A DNA stretch of 64,000 nucleotides from an uncultured virus (IMG/VR IMGVR_UViG_3300049171_000081). Lineage: Duplodnaviria; Heunggongvirae; Uroviricota; Caudoviricetes. The first letter of the stretch is position 1. Each line of letters begins with the position of its first letter. The translations under genes and the position numbers were made by a program. The DNA is taken from the IMG/VR virus record IMGVR_UViG_3300049171_000081, positions 1 through 64,000 of that record; one strand, 5' to 3'. The notes beneath the pieces are model-generated. The model made no database searches, was not told where the DNA came from, and was given only the letters and a program-made list of their open reading frames with translations. Shown here piece by piece: positions 1 to 9,361 of the stretch.

Positions 1-12
1 TTCAAGGACCGA

Positions 13-948
13 GTGGCGGCAACCTTCCAGAACCAGATTGCCGCAGCTCGGACGAAGTGGGCCGAGGGGCGGAAGGCGTCGGAGAGCAAACAGCAGGAGG
101 TTCGCGAGGAAGCCCGGGTTGTGATCGACCCGGTCAAGGAGAAGATCAACGAAAGCAAGGACCTCGCCGGGCAGATCGTCGTCCCCGTCCTGAGCGGCAT
201 ACAGGACACCGTCGATCCGATCGTCCAGGCATCGGGACGCGAGAAGGCCAAGGGCAAGTCCCGGCCACTGGTGACATCCTTCGGCTGGTCGATGATCCTG
301 GCGTGGGCCGTCAACCCCATCATGCTGATGGAGGCGATGTACGACAGGGCTCTCGGCTCGAAGGCACCCCGCGACTGGGGGCTGCTGATGGGCCCCGGCC
401 GCTGGTTCCGGGACACCATCGTCATGGCCTGGGAGACCGGACAGAAGGCCAGCTTCACCTGGGCGGTCGTCATCGGCCTCCTCCCGATGGTCATCGGTAC
501 CTGCAAGAACGTCGCACAGAGCAACCCGGAAGGCGCGCTCTACAACTCGATGAGGTTCCTGGACCGGGCAGTCGGCACGGTCTGGGGGGTCATCCGCTGG
601 GCCCTCTGCCTTGTTCTGCCCTTCCTGCGGGGGAGCATTCCGCAGAAGTCGCAGAACGAGAGCCCGGTGAAGTGGCTCACCCGCCTCTCCTACGCCACCC
701 CGCTGTTCTACCTGCTCGGCCTGTCCTACCCCGGCGCGACCCAGTGGCTGTTCGGGGTGACCTGGACTCTCCAGTGGTGGCAGGTGGGGGTCATGGCCCT
801 GACCTGCTTCTCCTACTACGGAGTCATGTGGGCCCTCGACCGCATGGAAGACGGCAAGGGCTTCGACATGACCCACGTGATCATCATGATGCCCCTGGCG
901 AGCATGATCTCGGGCTACGCCCTGAACGGCATGGACGCCGCCATGTGA
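13..948 (+). CDS. Multi-pass membrane protein (may be 5'-partial; frame is open to the window edge)
   Basis: Several hydrophobic Trp-rich segments; GC3-rich codon usage. Confidence 0.7.
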   Translation: MAATFQNQIAAARTKWAEGRKASESKQQEVREEARVVIDPVKEKINESKDLAGQIVVPVLSGIQDTVDPIVQASGREKAKGKSRPLVTSFGWSMILAWAVNPIMLMEAMYDRALGSKAPRDWGLLMGPGRWFRDTIVMAWETGQKASFTWAVVIGLLPMVIGTCKNVAQSNPEGALYNSMRFLDRAVGTVWGVIRWALCLVLPFLRGSIPQKSQNESPVKWLTRLSYATPLFYLLGLSYPGATQWLFGVTWTLQWWQVGVMALTCFSYYGVMWALDRMEDGKGFDMTHVIIMMPLASMISGYALNGMDAAM

Positions 949-955
949 CGGCGGA

Positions 956-1025
956 CCTTCCGCAAGGCCGTGACACCGCCGAAGCCATCGGCGAGACGGT
1001 GCCGGATCGAATCCGGCCGGAAGGA
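956..1025 (+). ncRNA. tRNA-like structure (truncated D-arm, non-canonical anticodon loop)
   Basis: 7-bp acceptor CCTTCCG/CGGAAGG, stem CGCCG-AAGCCAT-CGGCG, T-arm GCCGG-ATCGAAT-CCGGC. Confidence 0.45.
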
Positions 1026-1064
1026 CTCAGAGCACCACCAGCCTGACGGAAAGCGAGAAGAGAC

Positions 1065-1124
1065 GTGAACAACGACAACAACGGCATGCCGGTTCTGATC
1101 CCGTCGCGTCCCGGCGGCAACTGA
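1065..1124 (+). CDS. Putative 19-aa peptide MNNDNNGMPVLIPSRPGGN
   Basis: GTG start after purine-rich GAGAAGAG; stop directly before the RBS of the next gene. Confidence 0.3.
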   Translation: MNNDNNGMPVLIPSRPGGN

Positions 1125-1142
1125 GAGAAGGGAACCATCGAG

Positions 1143-1775
1143 ATGAACATCGCGGCAGCGCAGACCGCCATCGAGACCGGCGCGACACTGCCCACCACCT
1201 CCTGGGTCGGGAACATCACGTTCTTCGGCCTCGGCTTCACCATCCTGCTCCTGTCGTTCCTGTCCCAGCCCAAGGCGGCCTCCGCCGACGGCAAGAAGCC
1301 TGCTCGAAATGGTCGCCTCTTCTGGAGCCCGGTCGTCATCGGCCTTGGTAACCGATTCATCGGTGAGCCGTCCGTCCGGCTCAAGAAGAAGGTCATCGGC
1401 AAGGCGAACAAGGACGCCTCGGGACAGGTGATCATCGAGGACCCGGAGCCGTTCGACTGGATGAGCCTGCTGAGCTTCTTCATCGGGTTCATCGGCATGA
1501 CGTCGATCCTGATGACCAGCAACGGAGACATCACTGTCGTCCTGGACTTCCTGTGGTCCGGGGTCTTCCTGATCATCGGCTTCCCGGGCATCTCCGACAT
1601 GGGGGCCGGTGCCATCGCTCTGATCCTCCTGTTCTTGGCGATGGCCAAGCAGGGCGACAGCAAGAAGGACCTGGTCTTCGGCATCGTGTGTGCCGTGTTC
1701 TTCTCCGTCGCGGGTGGCGGTTTCGCCAGCCTGTCGAACACCATCAGCAATTGGATCCCGACGCTGTTCGGTTGA
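1143..1775 (+). CDS. Membrane protein (about 4-5 TM helices)
   Basis: Hydrophobic segments; RBS GAAGGGAA; followed by a terminator. Confidence 0.8.
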   Translation: MNIAAAQTAIETGATLPTTSWVGNITFFGLGFTILLLSFLSQPKAASADGKKPARNGRLFWSPVVIGLGNRFIGEPSVRLKKKVIGKANKDASGQVIIEDPEPFDWMSLLSFFIGFIGMTSILMTSNGDITVVLDFLWSGVFLIIGFPGISDMGAGAIALILLFLAMAKQGDSKKDLVFGIVCAVFFSVAGGGFASLSNTISNWIPTLFG

Positions 1776-1785
1776 TCCTCGCCAC

Positions 1786-1818
1786 AAAGGGGCGGCCTCT
1801 CCGGAGGTCGCCCCTTTT
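1786..1818 (+). terminator. Intrinsic terminator hairpin
   Basis: AAAGGGGCGGCCTC-TCCG-GAGGTCGCCCCTTTT. Confidence 0.7.
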
Positions 1819-1871
1819 GCTTGTCCTACTGGCCTAGGCCGTGCTAGTTTCGAGGTACGGAAGGAGGAGAA

Positions 1872-2528
1872 ATGAGACGACGATCGAACGGGGTTTTTCT
1901 CTTCGGATTCGGTGCAGTGTTCGTGGTTCAGATGGTCACTGGATTCGTTCCCGGAGTCCCGTCCATTGCTGCTCCTTCGACACCTGCCGAAGCCAAGGAA
2001 GTTTCGAAGGAGTTCAAGGTGCCGAAAGGTGCGGTGAAGCCCGCACTGATCAGCGCCGACAAGCCCGTCCGCAAGGGGTCCATCCCCAACAAGCGCTTCG
2101 AGGACCTGATCAACGTCTGGGGTAGGCAGTGTGAAACTCTCAGCCCTGCCATCCTCGCAGCGCAGATGTACCAGGAAAGCGGATTCCGGACGAGCAGGGA
2201 CACCGTGTCCAGCGCCAACGCACAGGGCTTCGCGCAGTTCATACCTTCCACCTGGAAGGTGCACGGGAAGGATGGCGACGGAGACGGAAAAGCTGACGTC
2301 TGGAACCCCGAGGACGCCATTCCGTCCGCCGCCATGTACGACTGCTACCTCGCGCGGATCGTACGAAATGAGCCCGGCGACGACGTCGGAAACATGCTCG
2401 CTTCGTACAACGCCGGAGCGGGCCGGGTGAAGGAACACGATGGCGTTCCTCCGCCGACTTTCGCCCGAGGCGAGACCTACAACTACGTGAAGAACATCAA
2501 GGCGATGGCGAAGGAGAAGTTCTCGTGA
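1872..2528 (+). CDS. Lytic transglycosylase (SLT domain) with N-terminal signal/TM
   Basis: AAQMYQESGF catalytic Glu, AQGFAQFIPSTW, LASYNAG, ETYNYV motifs. Confidence 0.9.
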   Translation: MRRRSNGVFLFGFGAVFVVQMVTGFVPGVPSIAAPSTPAEAKEVSKEFKVPKGAVKPALISADKPVRKGSIPNKRFEDLINVWGRQCETLSPAILAAQMYQESGFRTSRDTVSSANAQGFAQFIPSTWKVHGKDGDGDGKADVWNPEDAIPSAAMYDCYLARIVRNEPGDDVGNMLASYNAGAGRVKEHDGVPPPTFARGETYNYVKNIKAMAKEKFS

Positions 2529-3136
2529 AGCGACGGACGTTCCTCGTCGTCCCGGCCGGGGTTCTGATCAGTGGGTGCAGCGCACTTCACGCAGCCCCGA
2601 TCTCGAACTCCACGAACAACCCGAACCCGAACATCAAGAAGATCAACTTCTACTCGGACGGCTATCAGCCCACCGAGGAAGACGAAAAGGCGCAGCCCGA
2701 AAAGGTCCGGATGGACAAGCCGGTGAAAACTCGCAGGTGGGTCCAGCCGGTCGACGCACCCATTGGCACCCCTTACCGGCAAGCCGGATCGTCATGGTCC
2801 AGCGGCTACCACACCGGCACCGACTTCGCCGCACCGAACGGAACCCCGATCCGGGCTGTCGGTGCGGGCGTCGTCATCTACGCCGGAGCGGCCGGACAGT
2901 ACGGCAATCAGGTCGTCATCCAGCACGACCACGGCACGTTCAGTCAGTACGCACACCTGAGCAAGGTTCAGGTCAAACGCTGGCAGGCAGTCGATGCAGG
3001 GCACGTCATCGGCCGCGTCGGATCCACCGGCAACAGCTCCGGCCCGCACCTCCACTTCGAGATGCGCAACGGCCCCGCCTACGGGTCCGACATGGACCCC
3101 GTGAAGTTCCTCAGGAACAAAGGCGTCAGCCTCTAA
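2525..3136 (+). CDS. M23 family metallopeptidase, putative lipoprotein
   Basis: HTGTDFA, YAHL, GPHLHFE motifs; lipobox-like LISGC. Confidence 0.92.
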   Translation: MKRRTFLVVPAGVLISGCSALHAAPISNSTNNPNPNIKKINFYSDGYQPTEEDEKAQPEKVRMDKPVKTRRWVQPVDAPIGTPYRQAGSSWSSGYHTGTDFAAPNGTPIRAVGAGVVIYAGAAGQYGNQVVIQHDHGTFSQYAHLSKVQVKRWQAVDAGHVIGRVGSTGNSSGPHLHFEMRNGPAYGSDMDPVKFLRNKGVSL

Positions 3137-3163
3137 CAGACATGCACGGAAAGGAGGAAAAAC

Positions 3164-3856
3164 GTGAAGAGGCGAAACGTGGGCCTCACTGTCGCTGCGA
3201 CAGTTCTCTCGATCGGCCTCACCGGCTGCGCCAGTGACCCGCAGGAGGGTGGAGAGGGATTCAGCGTGGCGGACACCCTGCGCTCTCTCGGCAACCCCGG
3301 TGACGAAGTGCAGCGGCATGCCGACCAGACCTCCAAGAAGGCCGAGGAGGACAAGGCGTCCGCCGACGCTGCGGAGAAGGCCGAAAAGAACAAGAAGGCC
3401 GCGTCCCGCGAGGACCCGGTAGTAACCCGCAACGACAGGGCCGTGAAGGAGGCACCGTCCGGAGTGCCCGCCTTCGTCACTGCCACCAACTGGGCACAGA
3501 CCAAGCTCGGTCACAAGTACGTCTGGGGCGGTGAGTCGGACGAGGAGGGTGGCTTCGACTGTTCGGGGCTCATGCAGGCCGCCTGGGCCGAGGCCGGGGT
3601 CAAGCTGCCCCGCGTGGCGCACGCCCAGTACTACGCCTCCAAGGTTCACCCGAAGCGCAGTCAGCTCAATCCCGGGGACCTCGTTTTCTACAAGAACTCC
3701 TCGGGCGAGATCTACCACGTCGGGCTGTATGTGGGCCTCGACGAGAAGGGGCGTCAGACGATGCTGCACGCCCCCAACCGCAACCGGGTCATCCAGTTCG
3801 ACCCGATCGACTACATGAACGGCTACTTCGGAGCAACGAGGGTGGGAGAAGAGTGA
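3164..3856 (+). CDS. NlpC/P60 cysteine peptidase, putative lipoprotein
   Basis: YVWGG...FDCSGL, PGDLVF, HVGLY motifs; lipobox LTGC. Confidence 0.92.
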   Translation: MKRRNVGLTVAATVLSIGLTGCASDPQEGGEGFSVADTLRSLGNPGDEVQRHADQTSKKAEEDKASADAAEKAEKNKKAASREDPVVTRNDRAVKEAPSGVPAFVTATNWAQTKLGHKYVWGGESDEEGGFDCSGLMQAAWAEAGVKLPRVAHAQYYASKVHPKRSQLNPGDLVFYKNSSGEIYHVGLYVGLDEKGRQTMLHAPNRNRVIQFDPIDYMNGYFGATRVGEE

Positions 3857-4086
3857 TGAACACGTACCTCGCACACGTGCAGGTGAGGGAACCCGGCCAC
3901 GCCGACCTCGTCGAATTTGACACGGTCGTGGTCACCGAGTCCGCTGAGGACTCGGAGCTGCGCAAGGCGGCGGAGCGGGTCTGGTCGGACGAGGTGCAGG
4001 AGGGCTGCCGGGTCCACGTGGATCTGCTGGACCTGGCGACCGGTAAGGCGCTGGTCTCCACCGGGGATCAGGTGATGACGGCATGA
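3853..4086 (+). CDS. Hypothetical protein
   Basis: Overlaps stop of NlpC/P60; typical codon usage. Confidence 0.6.
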   Translation: MMNTYLAHVQVREPGHADLVEFDTVVVTESAEDSELRKAAERVWSDEVQEGCRVHVDLLDLATGKALVSTGDQVMTA

Positions 4087-4304
4087 GTACCCAGATCGAC
4101 TTCGGACAGGACTACGCCCGCTTCGTCATCGCCGATTTCCTGGAATGGCTCCAGGGGAAGGGCGGGGTCGAAGGGCGCAAGGGTGTCTACCACTTGACCC
4201 GTCACGTCCCGGGCGGCACTCCCGACACCGAGACCCCCGACGACCAGGAGAACCTCGACCTCGTCGAGGCGTTCCTCACGGAGATGGATTCCGTGCCCGA
4301 GTGA
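4083..4304 (+). CDS. Hypothetical protein
   Basis: ATGA coupling with the upstream ORF. Confidence 0.6.
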   Translation: MSTQIDFGQDYARFVIADFLEWLQGKGGVEGRKGVYHLTRHVPGGTPDTETPDDQENLDLVEAFLTEMDSVPE

Positions 4305-4317
4305 GGGGGGCCGTCGC

Positions 4318-4990
4318 ATGATGGGTCGGACGCATGCCGCGATCGGAGCGGCAACCCCTCTTTCTCTTCTACTGACCGGAGGGGCGACGGCGCAGGAGGT
4401 GGCGGTCATGGCTGTCGTCTCAGCGGCGTTCTCTCTGCTCCCGGACCTCGACCACCAGGACTCGATCGCCAGCAGGGCGCTCGGAGGCTGGTCACACCAG
4501 GTGGCTCAGAGCGCAAGCAAACTGGCTCTGCGTCTCGCGTCCACCACCCGGGATGTCCGGACTCGACGACACCGAGCCATGCGGGGAATCTCGCCGACTC
4601 ACCGGACGTTCACGCACACGCTTCTGGCATCTTTTCTCCTCACGAGTTTCGTGCTTTTGGGGGCCGCTTCCAGTCAGATTTTTGTCGGGGTTCTGTCTGG
4701 CGCGGGGGTGCTGCTGCTCCGTCCGGTTCTTCGGCTTCCGTGGCTGCTTACCGGGGTCCTTTCGGTCACCCTCGGCGTCGGAGCCTATCTGTGGTTTCCC
4801 CCGGTTCTCCTGGTTCTTGCCGCAGGTGGGGGCTACGTGGGAAGCATCCTCGCGGACGGGTGTACGAAGCAGGGCGTCCCCCTGTTCTGGCCGATGACGC
4901 CCGGTGGTGGTGGGTGGCGGGCGCGAGGCGAGTGTGGCTGTCGGGGTGGCGGTGGTGATGAACGGCATCTTGGCGGTTCTCGCCATCTGA
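4318..4990 (+). pseudogene. YdjM-like membrane metal-dependent hydrolase with an apparent frameshift near 4900
   Basis: GRTHA, LLPDLDH, HRTFTH, ADGCT-GVPLFWP motifs; a plausible TM C-terminus (GGGREASVAVGVAVVMNGILAVLAI*) lies in another frame ending at 4990. Confidence 0.6.
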
Positions 4991-5089
4991 GGGAGTCCGA
5001 CTTCGGTCGGACTCCCTTTTTGGTGACATTGACTGAGAGTTCCTGCACAATGAGGAACGGAAGTGGAGGGGAAAGGTGATGCGGCTGAC

Positions 5090-5581
5090 ATGAACTACGA
5101 GAAGGATGCCTACTACAGCGAGGCACCGACGCGCCGTCTCCCGGTGGACCCGAAGACTCGGATCTACGGCGAGCCGGAACGCCCGACCCGCGTGTACCCC
5201 GAGGCCCCCACCAGGCGCTTTACCGAGCCCGCACAGCCTGCTGCTCCCGCTCGGGCTCCCCGTTCGTCCGGATCGTCCGGCACCAACAGCCCTGCCGCTT
5301 TCGTGCAGGCCACCGGGGAGATGTACGACCTCGTCCGACGCATTCAGGACGATGTCTCCCTGGCGCAGCCCGTGGAGGAGGAGCTGGGGGAGGTCTACGA
5401 GCGGACCCACGTCGTGCACGACAAGAACCTTCTGCTCGGCATGCGACTGACGGCGGGTGTGGGCGGCGTGACTTGCTGGCTGACCCAGTTCCACCTCGGA
5501 TGCCTGGTCATCACAGCGGTCGCCGTGCTGTTCTGGATCTACAACGAGACCGGAGTGGAGTACCTGAAGAAGAGCAGGTAA
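5090..5581 (+). CDS. Membrane protein with N-terminal EAPTRR repeats and a C-terminal TM pair
   Basis: RBS GAAAGGTGA; repeats YSEAPTRR and YPEAPTRR; hydrophobic C-terminus. Confidence 0.7.
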   Translation: MNYEKDAYYSEAPTRRLPVDPKTRIYGEPERPTRVYPEAPTRRFTEPAQPAAPARAPRSSGSSGTNSPAAFVQATGEMYDLVRRIQDDVSLAQPVEEELGEVYERTHVVHDKNLLLGMRLTAGVGGVTCWLTQFHLGCLVITAVAVLFWIYNETGVEYLKKSR

Positions 5582-5595
5582 ACCTCGGAAACGGG

Positions 5596-5624
5596 TTGAT
5601 GTATTACAACGTCACACGTAGTCT
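5596..5624 (+). promoter_or_regulatory. Housekeeping-sigma-type promoter of the early/replication operon
   Basis: TTGATG-17 nt-TAGTCT upstream of RBS AGGAGG. Confidence 0.55.
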
Positions 5625-5652
5625 GGATTCAGTACCGGAGAGGAGGAAAAAA

Positions 5653-5805
5653 ATGGGTGAACCACTCTCGGAACTGATCCCCCTGAGGGTCACCAAAACG
5701 ATGCGCCTGAAGATCGAGGAAGCGGCCAAGAAGGACGGCCGGAACCGCTCGAACTACCTCCGCCACTTGGTGGAGAGGGCACTCGTTCAGGAGGGTGCGT
5801 CGTGA
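5653..5805 (+). CDS. Ribbon-helix-helix (CopG/Arc-like) regulator
   Basis: LIPLRVTKTMRLKIEEAAKKDGRNRSNYLRHLVE; strong RBS. Confidence 0.75.
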   Translation: MGEPLSELIPLRVTKTMRLKIEEAAKKDGRNRSNYLRHLVERALVQEGAS

Positions 5806-6245
5806 ACGAGCAGGAGATACGCGCAGCCGCCCTCCATGCCGCAGGCACCTACGCCGGATCCATCGGAGGAGCGAAGCCCGAGGACCTGCTCTACGTAGCA
5901 GACGTCTACGCCGTCTACATCACGGACGGCCGAGATGCGGCCCTCGCCCGCTTCGCCCAGATGGAGGCCGAAAAGGCGGCGGCGAAGAAGTCGGTCGACA
6001 GCCCGTCGACGCACACGCTGCCGACGACGGAGCTGCGGGAAGCGCGTCCTCTCGGGCTGGTGCAGCCCGACGTGCACCCGGAGAAGATCCGAACTGCCCA
6101 GAACCTGCTGACGGAGGCGAGGAAGGCCAAGGTGGCCGCCCACAAGAACCTGTTGAAGCAGAGGGCAGTCAACGCGGGAGTCCTGGACGTACCGATCACT
6201 GACGGGAACCGGACGGTGACCCTGAAGGACGTCCTCGGCGTGTAG
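5802..6245 (+). CDS. Hypothetical protein
   Basis: GTGA coupling; codon usage. Confidence 0.7.
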   Translation: MNEQEIRAAALHAAGTYAGSIGGAKPEDLLYVADVYAVYITDGRDAALARFAQMEAEKAAAKKSVDSPSTHTLPTTELREARPLGLVQPDVHPEKIRTAQNLLTEARKAKVAAHKNLLKQRAVNAGVLDVPITDGNRTVTLKDVLGV

Positions 6246-6323
6246 GAACCTGCGGCAAAATCGCAGAAGACTGTCATGAGGCGCTACCCTGACGTGAAAT
6301 GATCGCGTCGGGAGGATTTCACC

Positions 6324-6599
6324 ATGTCTACGGCTGAAACCATCAGCGCCTCGGTCCGCAACCTGCTCACCCTCGCGATGAGTGAGGACGACGACCGTCT
6401 GACGACACCGCCGAACAAGCTGTACAGCAGGAAGGTCAAGGAACTCGCGGCCAAGCTCGGCGTCTCCGAACCGTACATGTTCCGGAAGATCAAGGATAGT
6501 ACGTGGACGATCGGAGACCTCGACCGGCTTGCCGAGTATTTCGGGGTGCACCCGGCAGATCTCGTGCCGGGTCCTCACGACGGAGAGGAAAAGGGATAA
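6324..6599 (+). CDS. XRE-family HTH regulator
   Basis: KELAAKLGVSEPYMFRKI...WTIGDLDRLAEYFGV. Confidence 0.8.
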   Translation: MSTAETISASVRNLLTLAMSEDDDRLTTPPNKLYSRKVKELAAKLGVSEPYMFRKIKDSTWTIGDLDRLAEYFGVHPADLVPGPHDGEEKG

Positions 6600-6601
6600 G
6601 G

Positions 6602-8107
6602 GTGACGTTCAAACTCACGGACGAACAGCAGTACGCGGTCGACCTTGCAGGCAAGGGCGAGCGCACCAAGGTCATCGCCCCTGCCGGATCGGGCAAGTCC
6701 AAGACGGCCGAGGAGATGGCCAGGGCGATGATCCGGGCTGGCAAGCGGAACATCCTCTATCTGGTCTACAACACCGAGGCCCGGCGCGACGCCGAACGGC
6801 GCTTCAAGGGACTGGACCAGGTCAAGGTCCGGACGACCAGTCAGATCGGCTACCGGGCCTTCGCCGGTACCCACAAGGATCGCATGAACTTCAAGACGGC
6901 CCCCAAGGTCCCGAGCTGGCAGTTGGCGGAATGGCTCAAGTTGAAGCCGCTGAACTTCGGGGACGGGCTCGTCCTTGACGGGCCCCAGCAGGCCCTGTAC
7001 GCCACAAGGGCGATCGACCAGTTCTGCTCTTCCAACCGCCGGTCCATCACCGCCGACGATGTCCCGTTGGAGATGCATGGAGTCGACGACTCCGCGCTGA
7101 AGTCGGTCAAGACGGCCATCGCCACACTGGCGCAGAGCATCTGGTTCGACGCCAAGCGCGCCGGATCCCGCTTCCCGTTCGACATGACCATGGCCTTCAA
7201 GCATGTCGCCCTCGACGGCAAGGACGAGGGCTACGACGCGGTTCTGCTCGACGAGGCGCAGGACTCCAACGACAACACCATGGCGTACCTCAACAACCAG
7301 GAGAACGCTCAGATCTGCGTGCTCGGAGACCCTGCGCAGACCCTCTACGCCTGGAGGGGGTCGACAGACCAGATCCTTCAGTTCGACGGAGTCCCGGCCC
7401 CCCTCACGCAGAGCTTCCGATTCGGCGAGGCCATCGCCGAGGAGGCAATGAAGCACCTTCCGTTCACGGAGACCGGGGTTGTCGTGAAGGGCCTGCCGAG
7501 CATCCGGGACAAGGTGTTCTACGGCGGGATGGAGAAGCCGGACGTCGTCCTCACCCGGACGAACGTGGGCTCCATGTCCTACGCGCTCTCCCTCATGGAG
7601 GCGGGTTACCGAGTGGCACTCGTCAAGGGAGCCGACCCCATTCGGTCGCTGGCCTTCGCCGCGATCGAGCTGCGCAAGGGCAAGCGGCCCACCCGGAACA
7701 TCGAGTTGTCCGCGTTCGAGGACTGGTCCGAGCTGGTGTCCTTCACGGAGGAGCCCAGCGGTGGCCATCTGAAGGCGCTGGTGAACCTCGTGAACATCCA
7801 CGGCACCAAGCCCCTGATCGATGCGTGCGGCAACATCGTCCCGTACAGCGCTCGCAACCCTCAGCACGACGTCGCGGTGACCACGTGCCACTCCATCAAG
7901 GGACTGGAGTGGGACAACGTCCTCATCGGTGACGATTTCGACGAGCCGAAGCCGCACGTCGACCCGAAGACCGAAGAGGTCACCCCGGGAGAGATCAAGC
8001 GATTCGACGCGATGGTGAACTACGTGGCCGTCAGTCGAGCACGTAAGGCTCTCGACGCCGAGGGCCTGGCGTGGATCAACAAGTACCTGGAATCTGCGAC
8101 GACGTAA
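6602..8107 (+). CDS. UvrD-like superfamily 1 helicase
   Basis: APAGSGKS Walker A, LDEAQD, GDPAQ, QSFRFG, HSIKGLEW, YVAVSRAR. Confidence 0.9.
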   Translation: MTFKLTDEQQYAVDLAGKGERTKVIAPAGSGKSKTAEEMARAMIRAGKRNILYLVYNTEARRDAERRFKGLDQVKVRTTSQIGYRAFAGTHKDRMNFKTAPKVPSWQLAEWLKLKPLNFGDGLVLDGPQQALYATRAIDQFCSSNRRSITADDVPLEMHGVDDSALKSVKTAIATLAQSIWFDAKRAGSRFPFDMTMAFKHVALDGKDEGYDAVLLDEAQDSNDNTMAYLNNQENAQICVLGDPAQTLYAWRGSTDQILQFDGVPAPLTQSFRFGEAIAEEAMKHLPFTETGVVVKGLPSIRDKVFYGGMEKPDVVLTRTNVGSMSYALSLMEAGYRVALVKGADPIRSLAFAAIELRKGKRPTRNIELSAFEDWSELVSFTEEPSGGHLKALVNLVNIHGTKPLIDACGNIVPYSARNPQHDVAVTTCHSIKGLEWDNVLIGDDFDEPKPHVDPKTEEVTPGEIKRFDAMVNYVAVSRARKALDAEGLAWINKYLESATT

Positions 8108-8193
8108 TCCCCGCATTCCCGGTCGGCGGCGCTGGCCTCCTGCTCGTTGGGGGACCAGCGCCGCTGCCCTATCCAAGCGTCAGGAGAAGAAAC

Positions 8194-8469
8194 GTGACGA
8201 AGCGAAAGTCTGTTACCCGACTGGTTCAGCTAGAGGAGCGATTCAAGACCCTGGGTGCGGTGTTGCTCGAAATTCGGAAGATGCACAGCGAGGTATATCT
8301 GGAATACATCGAAGAAGCGGGACGGATCCTTGACAAGGATCCGTCGACTTTCGTCTTGGGTACACGGAACTGCCTCACGTCCCCCATCACGAAATGTGTC
8401 CATTCCTTCTCCGAAGAGATGGGAGTGGACGAATGCATCTTCTGCGGGAAGCCGGAGGGGCGTAAGTAG
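8194..8469 (+). CDS. Hypothetical protein with C-terminal CxxC
   Basis: RBS AGGAGA; ECIFCGKPE. Confidence 0.55.
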   Translation: MTKRKSVTRLVQLEERFKTLGAVLLEIRKMHSEVYLEYIEEAGRILDKDPSTFVLGTRNCLTSPITKCVHSFSEEMGVDECIFCGKPEGRK

Positions 8470-8470
8470 C

Positions 8471-8956
8471 ATGGTGCAAGTGGATCTGACACAGACGGAA
8501 AACGGGATTCCCGAACACTTGCAGGACATCGCTTTCCACTTGGAACGCTGCCGGTATTTCGTCCGGTACAGCGAGAAGAAGCGGTGCGGGTGTCATGTTC
8601 GGCAAATATTGCACGCCGACAATGACCAAGGAATCTATCTTCGTATCAGCGTGGACGAAGATCCCGTCGGCCGACTTGGCAATCTCCTTTTCGAAGGCCG
8701 ATTCGAAACTCCGGAAGGGATGAGCACGGCTTTCCACGAGTTCACCGACGTCGAGAGGTTCCTCGCTTTCGCCCAGGCCGGAACCGGATGCCCTTGCAGG
8801 AAGAAGATTTTCGAAGAGAACCGGGCGAGGAAGGTGCTGGAGGACTCTCTCAAGGCCCGGGTGCTGGAAAGGCGGCTTCACCGCAGAGAATCCAGCCTCT
8901 ACCTCTGCCCTTTCTGGTGGGTTCAGGGGAAGGACTACTTTCACGTCTCCGCATAG
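8471..8956 (+). CDS. Hypothetical protein, Cys/His-containing
   Basis: ATG right after upstream stop; CRKK...YLCPF...FH. Confidence 0.55.
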   Translation: MVQVDLTQTENGIPEHLQDIAFHLERCRYFVRYSEKKRCGCHVRQILHADNDQGIYLRISVDEDPVGRLGNLLFEGRFETPEGMSTAFHEFTDVERFLAFAQAGTGCPCRKKIFEENRARKVLEDSLKARVLERRLHRRESSLYLCPFWWVQGKDYFHVSA

Positions 8957-8989
8957 GGGAGGTGGAGTCGACAGGAAAGGGAGGGTGAA

Positions 8990-9361
8990 GTGTACGGCGG
9001 AAGACAAGGAGAGTGGAGCAAGTGGCACACTCTGGAAGTCGGTGAACCGTTCGTCGAGAACGGGAAAACGTACCCCCAGTACACCTGGAAGCATGACAAG
9101 GAATGCCCTCGTGAAGTGGATTCGGTGACATTCGACGGAGTCAATTACTATCGCGTGGACTTCCGCTGTTACCTGGGATACATCGAAGAAAGCGGTGCGG
9201 AGAATCTTCTCGGTGACTGGGTGACCACACCCGGCCTGTATCGCGTTCGCGCCCGTACCGTCTGGGACTACTGGGGCGAGGCCGACGAGGACATCGAGGT
9301 CGCGATCCTGCACGGCCCCGTCGACGCGCGCGAGTTCGACGAACCCCTGAAGGACGAGTGA
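8990..9361 (+). CDS. Hypothetical protein
   Basis: RBS GGGAGGG; operon context. Confidence 0.6.
   Translation: MYGGRQGEWSKWHTLEVGEPFVENGKTYPQYTWKHDKECPREVDSVTFDGVNYYRVDFRCYLGYIEESGAENLLGDWVTTPGLYRVRARTVWDYWGEADEDIEVAILHGPVDAREFDEPLKDE

Noticed and set aside
956..1025. Functional tRNA-Gly(GCC)
   Set aside because: No U33, no proper D-arm and a T-loop reading ATCGAAT; kept only as tRNA-like
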